From: an uncultured Bacteroides sp.
GTDB lineage: Bacteria; Bacteroidota; Bacteroidia; Bacteroidales; Bacteroidaceae
DNA length: 64,000 bases
Reading direction: 5' to 3'
Assembly (NCBI GenBank): GCA_902388365.1
Contig: CABMPB010000002.1
Location: forward strand, 242,683-306,682
Part shown: in pieces, positions 9,337 through 19,384 of the stretch
Numbering within the stretch: position 1 is the first letter of the stretch
Layout of the letters: each line of letters opens with the position of its first letter
Notes under the pieces: generated by a model
Seen by the model: only the letters and a program-made list of their open reading frames with translations
Told to the model about the DNA's origin: nothing
Database searches by the model: none
Program-made: the position numbers and the translations under genes

Positions 9337-10575
9337 ATGTTCCATCTCTTTTCTACCCCCCATCATATAGAGCTAAAGCAACTCTTGTCAGAGTTTAATC
9401 GTTCACTGATGTTGATTGCCGACAGGCAATTGCTGATAAAGAATTTCTTGTCGAAAGTAAGCCAGATAACTCCGGTGGAAAGTATCTCTTTATTCCTGTC
9501 CGACGAAAGTACGGAGAAGTATAAGGAACAGGGGACGGAAGAAAAGAATCCTCCTTATTTCTCGGGTAGGGGGAAACTGGTGAGCTGGCTGGCGGTCAAT
9601 GAACGTCCGTTGATTGTTTCGGAAAGTCCCTCGCTACTCTCCTATTTTTCAGAGGAAGAACAGGAAGTGTTGAAGCGGTTGAAGGCAGAAATAGTCTATC
9701 CCTTGAATGTGATGAACCGCATCAGTGGCATATTGGTAATGGGTAAGAAAGTGAATGGAAAGAGATTCGGGAAGCAAGAATTGGAATTACTTTCCCTATT
9801 ATTAGGACAAGCCGCTTTTGCCATAGAACATGCTTCACTGTATGAAATCCAGCGTGACCGCCTGAAACGGATGTATCGCACAGACCGCCTGGCAGTGCTG
9901 GGCGAATTGGCTGCCGGAGCAGCGCACGAAATAAAGAATCCGTTGACTTCCATCCGTAGCACCATTCAATATTTAAGTTCTGATTTTGATCCGGACACAG
10001 AGAAAGGACAGATGATGCACGAGTTACTGAATGAAACGGAACGCATCAACAAGATTGTGCAAGGATTGCTTTCTTTTGCCCGTCCATCGGAATTGAATAC
10101 TACGGAAGTCAACTTGGAACAATTAATTAACCAGACATTGCTACTTATCAACAACACGTTAAAGAAGCAACAGGTAGAAGTGGAATTTGAATATTTCACC
10201 GAGGAAACGACTATCATGGGTGATGCCGAACAGTTGAAACAAGTCTGTCTCAACATTATTCTGAATGCAGTGGAAGCCATGAAGGGAAATGATGAATCTC
10301 ACCCGCGTACCTTATATATAAGTATGGAACACGGAGCAATGATTGATGCCCGTAGCCGTTACCTGCTACTCTCATTTGAAGATACGGGCAAAGGCATTGA
10401 CGAAAAGAATATAGAGAATGTATTCAACCCTTTCTTTACCACCAAGGAAGAAGGAACAGGATTGGGACTTGCCATCTGTTATGGCATTATCAACCGGCAT
10501 AAAGGCGAACTGGAAGTTCGCAGCACTCCCGGAAAAGGCACATGTTTTACCATTAAACTCCCTCAACACGTATGA
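9337..10575 (+). CDS. Cytoplasmic sensor histidine kinase (GAF-like sensor, HisKA and HATPase_c)
   Basis: H-box GELAAGAAHEIKNPLTSI and ATP-lid G-boxes (FNPFFTTK, GTGLGLAI) are present. There are no TM segments. The start is placed at ATG 9337, and the stop overlaps the response regulator start. Confidence 0.8.
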   Translation: MFHLFSTPHHIELKQLLSEFNRSLMLIADRQLLIKNFLSKVSQITPVESISLFLSDESTEKYKEQGTEEKNPPYFSGRGKLVSWLAVNERPLIVSESPSLLSYFSEEEQEVLKRLKAEIVYPLNVMNRISGILVMGKKVNGKRFGKQELELLSLLLGQAAFAIEHASLYEIQRDRLKRMYRTDRLAVLGELAAGAAHEIKNPLTSIRSTIQYLSSDFDPDTEKGQMMHELLNETERINKIVQGLLSFARPSELNTTEVNLEQLINQTLLLINNTLKKQQVEVEFEYFTEETTIMGDAEQLKQVCLNIILNAVEAMKGNDESHPRTLYISMEHGAMIDARSRYLLLSFEDTGKGIDEKNIENVFNPFFTTKEEGTGLGLAICYGIINRHKGELEVRSTPGKGTCFTIKLPQHV

Positions 10576-11924
10576 AAGGAAAAGTATTGATAGCGGATGA
10601 TGAACCGCGTATCCGCAAGATAATGAGCCTTCTGCTGACGCAGGAAGGGTATGAAGTAAAATCAGTAACCAATGGCAAGGAAGCTGTGACGGAAGCCGCA
10701 TCATTCCATCCCGATGTGATACTTTTGGACCAGCAGATGCCCGTAATGACCGGAATGGAGGCGTTGGAGAAGATACAGGCGGCGCGTCCCAATCAGGTAA
10801 TGATATTGATAACCGCTTTTGGAACTATTTCGCTGGCGGTAGATGCCGTAAAGAAAGGTGCATACGACTTTATAGAAAAGCCTTTTGACAATGATGATTT
10901 ATTGTTGAAAGTAAAACGGGCCATGGAGCATAGCCATTTGAAGGGGGAGCTCCGCCAACTGAAGAAACGCTTGGGCGAAGGGGAGCGTCCCATTATAGGC
11001 AGTGAAGGAGGACTTCGCACCGTTATGGAGCAAGTAAACCGTGTGGCAAAGACCGAAGCCACTGTATTTATTCATGGAGAAAGCGGAACGGGAAAAGAAT
11101 TAATAGCCCGTGCGGTGCATGTCCGCAGCAGGCGTTCCGAGCAACCTTTTGTGGCTATAAACTGCGGCGCCATTCCTCTTACATTGATAGAAAATGAGTT
11201 GTTCGGACATGAAAAGGGCGCTTTTACGGATGCAAAAGAGGCGCAACCGGGTATCTTTGAGCAAGCGGAGGGCGGTACGCTTTTTCTGGATGAAATAGGT
11301 GAATTGCCTATGGATGCACAAGTAAAATTGCTGCGTGTATTGGAAGAACGGAAGGTAACCCGCATTGGCGGAACCAGACTGATTCCTGTCAATGTGCGTA
11401 TAGTGGCGGCCACCAATCGTGATTTGGAATCGGAAGTAAAGACCGGTAATTTCCGCCTTGATTTATTATATCGTTTGAATGTGTTTACCTTAGAACTTCC
11501 TCCGCTACGCGAACGCAAGGAAGATATTCCTTTATTGGCTGATTTCTTTATCCGGAAACACAATGAGGTTTTGAATCTATCTGTAAAAAGTATAACTCCT
11601 GCGGCTATGGACCGGCTTTGTGCTTATGACTGGCCGGGGAATATCCGCGATTTGGAGAATGCTATTCAAAGTGCTATGATTCTTTGCCTGGATGGAATGA
11701 TTGATGTGCAGCAACTACCTGCGCGTATTAAAGGATATGAACAAAGTGATTCTTCCATTACTTTGGGAGACAGTAATGATATTAGGGAAGTAAATGCACA
11801 GGTGGAAAAAGAATTGATACAAGAGACACTGAAGAAATTTGGGGACAACCGCACACTGACTGCTGAGGCTTTGAATATAAGCCGAAAGACTTTGTTTAAT
11901 AAGATGAAGAAGTATGGGTTGTAA
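10572..11924 (+). CDS. Sigma-54-dependent response regulator (NtrC/Fis family: REC, AAA+ sigma-54 activator and HTH)
   Basis: Receiver residues DDEPRIR and LLDQQMP, sigma-54 interaction motifs GESGTGKE and GAFTDA (GAFTGA-like), and a C-terminal Fis-type HTH. It overlaps the histidine kinase gene by 4 bp. Confidence 0.9.
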   Translation: MKGKVLIADDEPRIRKIMSLLLTQEGYEVKSVTNGKEAVTEAASFHPDVILLDQQMPVMTGMEALEKIQAARPNQVMILITAFGTISLAVDAVKKGAYDFIEKPFDNDDLLLKVKRAMEHSHLKGELRQLKKRLGEGERPIIGSEGGLRTVMEQVNRVAKTEATVFIHGESGTGKELIARAVHVRSRRSEQPFVAINCGAIPLTLIENELFGHEKGAFTDAKEAQPGIFEQAEGGTLFLDEIGELPMDAQVKLLRVLEERKVTRIGGTRLIPVNVRIVAATNRDLESEVKTGNFRLDLLYRLNVFTLELPPLRERKEDIPLLADFFIRKHNEVLNLSVKSITPAAMDRLCAYDWPGNIRDLENAIQSAMILCLDGMIDVQQLPARIKGYEQSDSSITLGDSNDIREVNAQVEKELIQETLKKFGDNRTLTAEALNISRKTLFNKMKKYGL

Positions 11925-11996
11925 GAGGTATGTGTATTGTTTATTATTACAAAATTAGGAGTGCTAGTTGCATTATAGGAAAGTCGGAATGAGCAA

Positions 11997-12492
11997 AGTT
12001 CTGAAGGAACTATATTTCACCTTAAATTGTTGTTTACCAATGAAATAATAAAAGACTGATAGAAGCGGTATATTGCCTGTAGTAACCTAAAAGTAGGCTT
12101 CCAAACAATGATTTCTATTTTATTTCTACTTAATAGTCCTTTATATACCCTATCTTCTTTGCAAAAAGAGAAGGCTAAGCAATAGAACAATAGAAATCAG
12201 AAGTAAATATGCTATACGGTGATGAATAAGATAAAATTAAAATTCTACCTTTTTTCTACTATAAATACCAATAGAAATAAGCAATAAAACAAAAATTTAA
12301 CTCGCAAAATTCATAAAATTATAAAAGTTTCATGAGTTACCTATTAATTATTGATCGAAAATAGATTGATATTCAATAAGAAATAACAGGAACAACGAAA
12401 AAAACTTTTCTTTAAGGCTTGAGTTATTAAAATTTATCATATATTTGTGCAGTTAATCTAAATCAGATTGAGAATGTAGTTCCTTCAGAACT
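11997..12492. promoter_or_regulatory. Candidate invertible (phase-variable) promoter segment flanked by inverted repeats
   Basis: IR-L AGTTCTGAAGGAACT (11997-12011) and its exact reverse complement IR-R AGTTCCTTCAGAACT (12478-12492) extend to 17 bp (AAGTTCTGAAGGAACTA). They bound a 466-bp AT-rich ORF-less segment containing a TAtaTTTG -7 box at about 12441-12448 oriented towards susC (start 12534). Confidence 0.35.
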
Positions 12493-12533
12493 TGGAGCCT
12501 CTATACTCTCAGTAAACCTTAAAATTAATAATT

Positions 12534-15500
12534 ATGTTAAAACGACTGAAATCTGTCAGTATGTTATTATTCCTTGGAAGTTTATTCTCGGGAACAATCT
12601 CTACAATTATGGCTTCCGGAGTAAACTCCTCAGCCATTGTACAACAAACGGAAACATGTAAAGGTGTGGTCAAGGACGCTACAGGCGAGTCCGTTATTGG
12701 TGCTTCAGTAGTTGTAAAAGGTACAACAAACGGAACGATCACCGACTTCGATGGTAATTTTAGCCTTGATGGAGTGAAAAAGGGAGATATGATCATAATC
12801 TCTTATGTGGGCTATCAAACTCAAGAAATTAAATGGAATGGCGGTTCACTGAATGTTATTTTGAAAGAAGATTCAAAAACATTGAGCGAAGTTGTCGTAG
12901 TAGGTTATGGTACACAGAAAAAAGTAAACCTCTCGGGTTCTGTGGCTATGGTGGATAGTAAAGAATTGGAGAATCGTCCTATTCAGAACGTATCCAGCGG
13001 TTTGCAAGGTTTGATGCCGGGTGTTACTATTACAGGAACCAATGGTGCGCCGGGACAGGATGCCGGTAAAATCCGTGTTCGTGGTATCGGTACTTTGAAT
13101 GAGGCCGGTCCGTATATCTTAGTGGATGGAATAGAAACCGGTACTTTGAGTGCTGTCGATCCCAATGATATTGAAAGTATTTCTGTGTTGAAAGATGCCG
13201 CTTCTGCCGCAATCTACGGTTCTAAAGCTGCCAATGGTGTTGTTTTGATTACAACAAAGCGTGGTAAGACTGGAGAAACAAAAGTATCATATAGCGGCTA
13301 TTTGAGTTTCCAGAACGCAACGAATATGATTGAGCGTATGGGTTCTTATGAATATGCTTCCCTGTTGAATAAGGCATTGGAAGCAGAAGGTATGGCAAAA
13401 CGCTTCGATGATACCGAGCTGCAAAAGTTCAAAGCCGGAAATGATCCGCTTTATCCGGACACGGATTGGTATGACCTGGCCTATAAGACCGGTGTTCAGC
13501 ATCGCCATAATATCAATATCAACGGCGGTTCCGAAAATGTGAAGTATATGGCTTCATTGGGTTATCTGAATCAGACCGGTATTTTGCCGAATGCAGGCCG
13601 TGAACAATTCAATGCCCGTACAAATCTGGATATGAAGATCAATGAACGTTTAAGTGCGCGCATGAACTTATCTTATATTAAGAATCAGTATAGCGATGCC
13701 AGTTCTGCCTATGCCGGCGGTAGTTCGGATCAGATTATCCGCCAGTTAAATTTGATTGCTCCCTGGATTGTTGCCCGGTATGACGATGGTACCTGGGGAA
13801 CTATTTCGGATGGTAGCCCCATTGCCTGGTTGGATTCGGGCATGAAGGTAAACCGCGACAATTATAACTTTTCGGGAATGGCTGCCGTGGATTATAAAAT
13901 CATGGATGGTTTGAAACTGACTTTGCAGGGTGCATATGTAAACAATTTGCAGAACTACAGTTATTTCCAGAAATACATCAAGTATAATGAGAATAAAGAA
14001 TCAGACCCTAACCAATTGGATGAACGTTACTATAAATGGGATCGTACAAACTATGACGCGTTGCTGAATTATGATAAGAGTTTTGGCAAGCATAATATCA
14101 AGGGCTTATTGGGTTGGCACACAGAAAAATACAACTATAAGTATCAGAAAGCCGTGCGTAAGAAATTCCCCAATAATGAATTGACGGATATGAATGCCGG
14201 AGATGCTTCTACTCAAAGCAACGAAGGTTATTCGGCAGAACTGGCAATGATTTCATGGTTTGCCCGTGTCAATTATGATTTTGCAGGCAAGTATCTTTTG
14301 GAAGCCAATATCCGTTCGGATGCTTCTTCTCGTTTTGCAGAAGGTCACCGTTGGGGATATTTCCCTTCATTCTCGGGTGCATGGCGCATCAGTGAAGAAG
14401 CATTTATGGAAGGTGTAAGAGATAGCTGGTTGTCAAGCTTGAAGATTCGCGCTTCCTGGGGGCAGTTAGGTAATCAGGATGCATTAAGTGGTACCAATAA
14501 TGACTATTATCCGGCATTGAATACTTATAATCTGGATTCTAAATATGCATTCGGAGGTTCTTTGAATTCCGGTTATTATCAGCGGAAATACCGTTTGGAA
14601 ACCATCTCATGGGAAAAGGCATCTACTTGGGGTATCGGTGTTGACTTTACTTTATTCAACAAGTTGAATGGTTCTATTGATTATTATAATCGTAAGACTA
14701 CCGACATCATTATGGATGTAACGGTTCCTGAAGAATTTGCATTGGATGCTTACAAGGACAATGTAGGCTCTATGAGAAATAGTGGTGTAGAAATAAACTT
14801 GAGCTACAATACCCAAATAGGTCAGGTTGACTTTGGAATCGCAGGTAATTTCTCTTATAATAAGAACAAGATCCTTGATTTGGGAGGCGGTGATCCTGAT
14901 AAATACCTGGATGCTTCGGGTGGTTACAATCAGCGTAATAAAGTAGGTGAAGCTATGAACTCATACTTTATTTATAGAGCAGACGGTTTCTTCAATTCTC
15001 AGGAAGAAGCAGATGCTTATACCGAAAAATATGGTAATCCTTTCGGCAAGAAGTTTAAAGCCGGTGACTTGCGTTATGTAGATACAAACAAAGATGGTAA
15101 GCTGACGGCTGAAGACCGTGAATATTGTGGTAGCTCGGATCCTAAGATTACTTATGGTTTCAATATTAATGCAGGCTGGAAAGGTTTTGACCTGTCATTG
15201 ATGTTTAATGGTGCTGCCGGTGTAAAGAGATTGTTTGACGGATATGAAGTTTATGGTAACTTCTCGGGTGATGCTGCCCATCCGTCTACTATATGGAGAG
15301 ATGCTTGGACACCCGAGAATCATAATGCTTCCATGCCGCGTATTTTCTATGATACAAATTCTCCCAGTAGCAGCCGTTCCGTGCAATCTGATTTCTGGTT
15401 GCAGAATACAAGCTACTTGCGCCTCAAGAACCTGCAGTTAGGATATACATTACCAAAGAAGTGGTTGAATGCCGTCGGTGTTGATAATATCCGCATTTAC

Positions 15501-15629
15501 TACTCTGTAGAAAACTTGTTGACTTTTGATAATATGAAAATTAATATTGATCCTGAAGCAACCAGTCAACGCTTGTCTTCTTATCCGTTGCTGCGCACTC
15601 ATGCATTCGGTATTAATATAGCATTCTGA
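12534..15629 (+). CDS. SusC/RagA-family TonB-linked outer-membrane protein
   Basis: 1031 aa with a signal peptide, a CarbopepD_reg domain (GTITDFDGNFSL), a TonB box/plug (VVVGYGTQKK, ISVLKDAASAAIYGSKAANGVVLITTK), a SusC-type barrel and a C-terminal aromatic residue. Confidence 0.95.
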   Translation: MLKRLKSVSMLLFLGSLFSGTISTIMASGVNSSAIVQQTETCKGVVKDATGESVIGASVVVKGTTNGTITDFDGNFSLDGVKKGDMIIISYVGYQTQEIKWNGGSLNVILKEDSKTLSEVVVVGYGTQKKVNLSGSVAMVDSKELENRPIQNVSSGLQGLMPGVTITGTNGAPGQDAGKIRVRGIGTLNEAGPYILVDGIETGTLSAVDPNDIESISVLKDAASAAIYGSKAANGVVLITTKRGKTGETKVSYSGYLSFQNATNMIERMGSYEYASLLNKALEAEGMAKRFDDTELQKFKAGNDPLYPDTDWYDLAYKTGVQHRHNININGGSENVKYMASLGYLNQTGILPNAGREQFNARTNLDMKINERLSARMNLSYIKNQYSDASSAYAGGSSDQIIRQLNLIAPWIVARYDDGTWGTISDGSPIAWLDSGMKVNRDNYNFSGMAAVDYKIMDGLKLTLQGAYVNNLQNYSYFQKYIKYNENKESDPNQLDERYYKWDRTNYDALLNYDKSFGKHNIKGLLGWHTEKYNYKYQKAVRKKFPNNELTDMNAGDASTQSNEGYSAELAMISWFARVNYDFAGKYLLEANIRSDASSRFAEGHRWGYFPSFSGAWRISEEAFMEGVRDSWLSSLKIRASWGQLGNQDALSGTNNDYYPALNTYNLDSKYAFGGSLNSGYYQRKYRLETISWEKASTWGIGVDFTLFNKLNGSIDYYNRKTTDIIMDVTVPEEFALDAYKDNVGSMRNSGVEINLSYNTQIGQVDFGIAGNFSYNKNKILDLGGGDPDKYLDASGGYNQRNKVGEAMNSYFIYRADGFFNSQEEADAYTEKYGNPFGKKFKAGDLRYVDTNKDGKLTAEDREYCGSSDPKITYGFNINAGWKGFDLSLMFNGAAGVKRLFDGYEVYGNFSGDAAHPSTIWRDAWTPENHNASMPRIFYDTNSPSSSRSVQSDFWLQNTSYLRLKNLQLGYTLPKKWLNAVGVDNIRIYYSVENLLTFDNMKINIDPEATSQRLSSYPLLRTHAFGINIAF

Positions 15630-15657
15630 TTTATATAGACTTTAAAAGATTTGAACT

Positions 15658-17295
15658 ATGAAATATTTGAAACAATATATGATAATGGGAGCAGCAATGA
15701 TGATTACATCTTGTTCTGACTTCCTGGATACGGCTCCGCTGGATGCCCTGTCTCCTGCTACTACCTGGAAAACCGAGGATGATGCCCAGAAATTTGCTAT
15801 CGGGTGTTATGGTGGTAATAATGATGATACTTCCAGTTGGGAAGATGGTGGTAATATCTTATATCTGGATTGCGGATCGGATTTTGGCTTTAATAACTTT
15901 GAATGGGAAAACTATAAAACCATTGGTAACGGTGCAATGACTCCGTCGGGATCTGTGGCAAGTTTCTATGACTTCTCAGTGATCCGCCGTTGTAACACAT
16001 TCCTGGAAAAAGTAAAGGATATTCCGTTCTCCAGTGAGCAGGCTAAGACGGATTTGATAGGTCAGGTTCGTACCATTCGCGCTTATCGTTACTTTGTAAT
16101 GAACTGGTGGTATGGCGGTGTGCCTATTATTGATAACTATGATTCTGCGGATGAGGCTAAAGTTCCCCGTAAATCGGAAGAGGAAGTGAAGACTTTTGTT
16201 AATAGCGAATTGGATACTGCCATTGGCGAACTGAATGCTGTTCCATCCGAAAGGGGACGTTTTGCAAAGGGGGCTGCTATGGCTATCAGGATGCGTAGTG
16301 CATTGTATTATGGTGATTATGCGAAAGCAAAGGAAATGGCCGAGGCTATCATTAACCTGAAACAATATGCTTTGGAACCGGACTATAATAACTTATTTAA
16401 AGTTGCCGGTCAGGATTCAAAGGAAATTATTCTGGCTGTTCAGTATGTAAATTCCACTTTGGAATTGGGTACAATAGGTCAGATGTATAATAATGGTGAT
16501 GGTGGTTGGTCTTCTATCGTTCCTACCCAAAACTTGGTAGATATTTATGAAATGGCGGATGGTTTGACCAAGGAAGAATCTTCCTCTTATGATCCGGCTC
16601 ACCCGTTTGCCGGTCGTGACCCGCGTATGGCAATGACCATTATATATCCAGGTATGGACTGGAATGGTGCTATTGTTAATACATTGGATAAAACGATCAA
16701 TGGTAAAGATAATGCAAACTATCCTCCTTCTGCAAATAATGCCTCAAAGACAGCTTTAACTTGGAGAAAATATTTGGATGAACAATATACCAATGGCATT
16801 TGGAATACGAATGCTTGTCCTATTGTGATTCGTTATGCAGAAGTGTTGCTTACTTATGCGGAAGCTGCCAATGAACTTACAGGGCCGTCTGCAGATGTTT
16901 ATGATAAGTTGGATCTTATTCGGGAGCGTGTAGGAATGCCGAAGGTGGATCGTACCAAATATGCATCAAAAGAGGCATTGCGCCAGTTAATACGTAGAGA
17001 GCGTGGTGTTGAACTGGCCGGTGAAGGAGTACGCCGTGCAGATATTTTGCGTTGGAAAGACGATAGTGGCAAGATGGTTGCCGAAACAGTATTGAATGGT
17101 GTGCTGGAACGCATTGTGGGTACTGTGAATTACAGTGAAACCGATCCGACCAAACGTGCGGTAATTGATGTGAATGCCGCTGCTACTGATAAAAAGGTGG
17201 AAGATCGTGTATTTAAGCCTTATAATCGGTATAACCCTATTCCACAAGGGGCAATTGATAATAATCCGAGCTTAAAGCAGAATCCAGAGTATTAG
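15658..17295 (+). CDS. SusD/RagB-family nutrient-binding outer-membrane lipoprotein
   Basis: 545 aa with a lipoprotein signal ending in Cys (MITSCSDFL) and SusD-like TPR helices. It lies immediately downstream of susC. Confidence 0.9.
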   Translation: MKYLKQYMIMGAAMMITSCSDFLDTAPLDALSPATTWKTEDDAQKFAIGCYGGNNDDTSSWEDGGNILYLDCGSDFGFNNFEWENYKTIGNGAMTPSGSVASFYDFSVIRRCNTFLEKVKDIPFSSEQAKTDLIGQVRTIRAYRYFVMNWWYGGVPIIDNYDSADEAKVPRKSEEEVKTFVNSELDTAIGELNAVPSERGRFAKGAAMAIRMRSALYYGDYAKAKEMAEAIINLKQYALEPDYNNLFKVAGQDSKEIILAVQYVNSTLELGTIGQMYNNGDGGWSSIVPTQNLVDIYEMADGLTKEESSSYDPAHPFAGRDPRMAMTIIYPGMDWNGAIVNTLDKTINGKDNANYPPSANNASKTALTWRKYLDEQYTNGIWNTNACPIVIRYAEVLLTYAEAANELTGPSADVYDKLDLIRERVGMPKVDRTKYASKEALRQLIRRERGVELAGEGVRRADILRWKDDSGKMVAETVLNGVLERIVGTVNYSETDPTKRAVIDVNAAATDKKVEDRVFKPYNRYNPIPQGAIDNNPSLKQNPEY

Positions 17296-17325
17296 TACAA
17301 TATATTAAAAAGGATTTCAGGAACT

Positions 17326-17403
17326 ATTCTCTATTTATGGTGAGAATAGAGGTCTAAAAGAATGGTCAGCCAACGTAGAAATATAAAGTTGGTTGGCCAT
17401 TGT
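17326..17403 (+). terminator. Two tandem stem-loops downstream of susD
   Basis: CTATTCTC-loop-GAGAATAG (17326-17353) and AATGGTCAGCCAAC-loop-GTTGGTTGGCCATT (17362-17403). Confidence 0.4.
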
Positions 17404-17546
17404 TTGTTCTAAGCTGTAAATAATAAGTGAATATTCTTGAGAAATGAGATAAGTCTGTTCTGTCTTTTGAAAACATGTTTTTGGCTTCAATACTTTTCAT
17501 TTCCATTTTTATGTTATATCTTTGAGTTAATTAGAACGGATAGCGT

Positions 17547-18404
17547 ATGAAGCCAAAACTGGATTTATCCCATTATGTCACCTGTTGGGGGATGTGCCTG
17601 TTATTCCTGGTTATATCTTCACAGATAGCTGCTCAGGAGGACGTTAAGCGCATCAACTGCGATAGTGTGAAGGTAGAAACCGGGACGCAGGGAGAAGTTT
17701 CTGTGTCTCCTTTGCCTTTGGATGAGATTTCCAAAGCTCCTCTGCCCCAACCTACGGCTGCCGATTCTTTATTCCGGTTTTCGTTAGATAGACCTCTCGT
17801 TCTTCCTTATTATGTGAATCCGTCACCCATGTTTCGGGGAGATTATAGTACGGGTGGTGTGTTGGGAGAGTTTCGTCACGGTATATTATATGGTGCGGGC
17901 GCCCAGACTACACTGCCGGGTATAGGGCAGATGAATGAGGCTTCCTTGGGATATATGCACAGATTTAATTCTCAGTGGAGTTTTCAGGTAGGCGTTGATG
18001 CTTTGAAGATGAATATGCCTTTTGCTGTGGGACAGTCTTTCGGAACTTCGGGCGCATTGATGTACCGCCCTTCGGATCGCATTGCCTTTAAGGTGTTTGG
18101 TTCTTATTACAGAGGGCAGACGTATGGTATGGAATCACACAGCTATGGTGGTAGTGTAACGGTGGGTATGAGTGACCGTTTCAGTGTGGAAATGGGGGTG
18201 CAGCGTCGTTACAACCCGTTGCGCGGAGGTTGGGAAACTGTACCTTTAGTAACTCCTTGCTATAAATTCAATAAGTTTGATCTAGGAATAGATGTAGGCG
18301 GCATCCTCTATGAGATTCTCCATAAAGTGGTTATTGATAAAGACAGGAAGATGGGGAATCCTACCATCGGGGCGCCATCTCATTTTCAGATGCAAGGACG
18401 ATGA
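17547..18404 (+). CDS. Hypothetical secreted protein (signal peptide, Gly/Tyr-rich)
   Basis: 285 aa with an N-terminal signal-like hydrophobic segment. No recognisable family. Confidence 0.5.
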   Translation: MKPKLDLSHYVTCWGMCLLFLVISSQIAAQEDVKRINCDSVKVETGTQGEVSVSPLPLDEISKAPLPQPTAADSLFRFSLDRPLVLPYYVNPSPMFRGDYSTGGVLGEFRHGILYGAGAQTTLPGIGQMNEASLGYMHRFNSQWSFQVGVDALKMNMPFAVGQSFGTSGALMYRPSDRIAFKVFGSYYRGQTYGMESHSYGGSVTVGMSDRFSVEMGVQRRYNPLRGGWETVPLVTPCYKFNKFDLGIDVGGILYEILHKVVIDKDRKMGNPTIGAPSHFQMQGR

Positions 18405-18413
18405 GATACTATA

Positions 18414-18456
18414 AATACGAACTATATAGGATAAAGTAAAACCTATATAGTTCGTA
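18414..18456. terminator. Bidirectional hairpin between convergent genes
   Basis: ATACGAACTATATAGG...CCTATATAGTTCGTAT forms a perfect 16-bp inverted repeat. Confidence 0.5.
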
Positions 18457-18481
18457 TCTGTAAAAGGGGGAAAAAGATTGT

Positions 18482-19378
18482 TTATTTCACCTTTAGCTTA
18501 TCAAATCCTTCTCCATAAACTCCCACTACATTACTTTGAGAGATAAATGCATTAGGATCAATATCTTTCACCAGCCGGAATATATCCAATGACTGGCTTT
18601 TCTTAGCCAGGACCACCACTACTTTGATACCCTGTTTGCTATACCAGCCTGTGCCGTCCAGCAAAGTAACCCCGCGATCTATTTCTGTAGAGATTCCTTC
18701 GGCTATCTCATCGTGCTTGCGCGAGAAGATAAGGAATTGAACAGATTGGCGTGAACTGTTGATTACATAATCAATCACAATACTCATGATGAACAATACG
18801 CAGAAACCAAACAATACCCGCTTCCAATCATGGAAAATGAAATAGCAGGACGAGATGATTACAATATCGCAATACATCATCATGCGGCCCAGCGTTACAT
18901 CTTTGTATTTATTGATAATCCACGCAATGATGTCCGTTCCTCCGGTACTTCCGTTGTTGCAGAACACAATGCCGATGCCAAATCCCAGTAATCCGGCTCC
19001 TACCACGCAAGCCATGAATTCCTGTCCCGGACCTAACAGTTGGGGAAGTTCTCCATCGGGACCCTTTAATAAAGCTTGGAAAAGCCATAACAGGAAAGTT
19101 AGCATAAAGATGGCATAAATGGTCTTCAAGCTAAACTTCGGACCCAGTATCTTTAAAGCAAATCCCATAAAGATGGCATTGATAATGAAATAGGATACTT
19201 GGATCTCAATGCCGGTAGCATAGTAGATGATAGCCGATATACCGGTAACTCCACCTGTCGTTATTTGGTAGGGCAGCAAAAATGCCGCCCATCCTATTGC
19301 ATAGCAAATCAGTCCGAAAGTAATGGCCAAATAGTCCTTTACCTCCCTGCCGAATTTGAGTTTCAATACTGAATCCAT
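18482..19378 (-). CDS. YitT-family (DUF161/DUF2179) integral membrane protein
   Basis: 298 aa with the characteristic YitT N-terminus (YLAITFGLICYAIGWAAFLLPYQITTGGVTGIS), multiple TM segments and a C-terminal DUF2179-like soluble domain. Confidence 0.8.
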   Translation of the reverse strand: MDSVLKLKFGREVKDYLAITFGLICYAIGWAAFLLPYQITTGGVTGISAIIYYATGIEIQVSYFIINAIFMGFALKILGPKFSLKTIYAIFMLTFLLWLFQALLKGPDGELPQLLGPGQEFMACVVGAGLLGFGIGIVFCNNGSTGGTDIIAWIINKYKDVTLGRMMMYCDIVIISSCYFIFHDWKRVLFGFCVLFIMSIVIDYVINSSRQSVQFLIFSRKHDEIAEGISTEIDRGVTLLDGTGWYSKQGIKVVVVLAKKSQSLDIFRLVKDIDPNAFISQSNVVGVYGEGFDKLKVK

Positions 19379-19384
19379 AGACGA

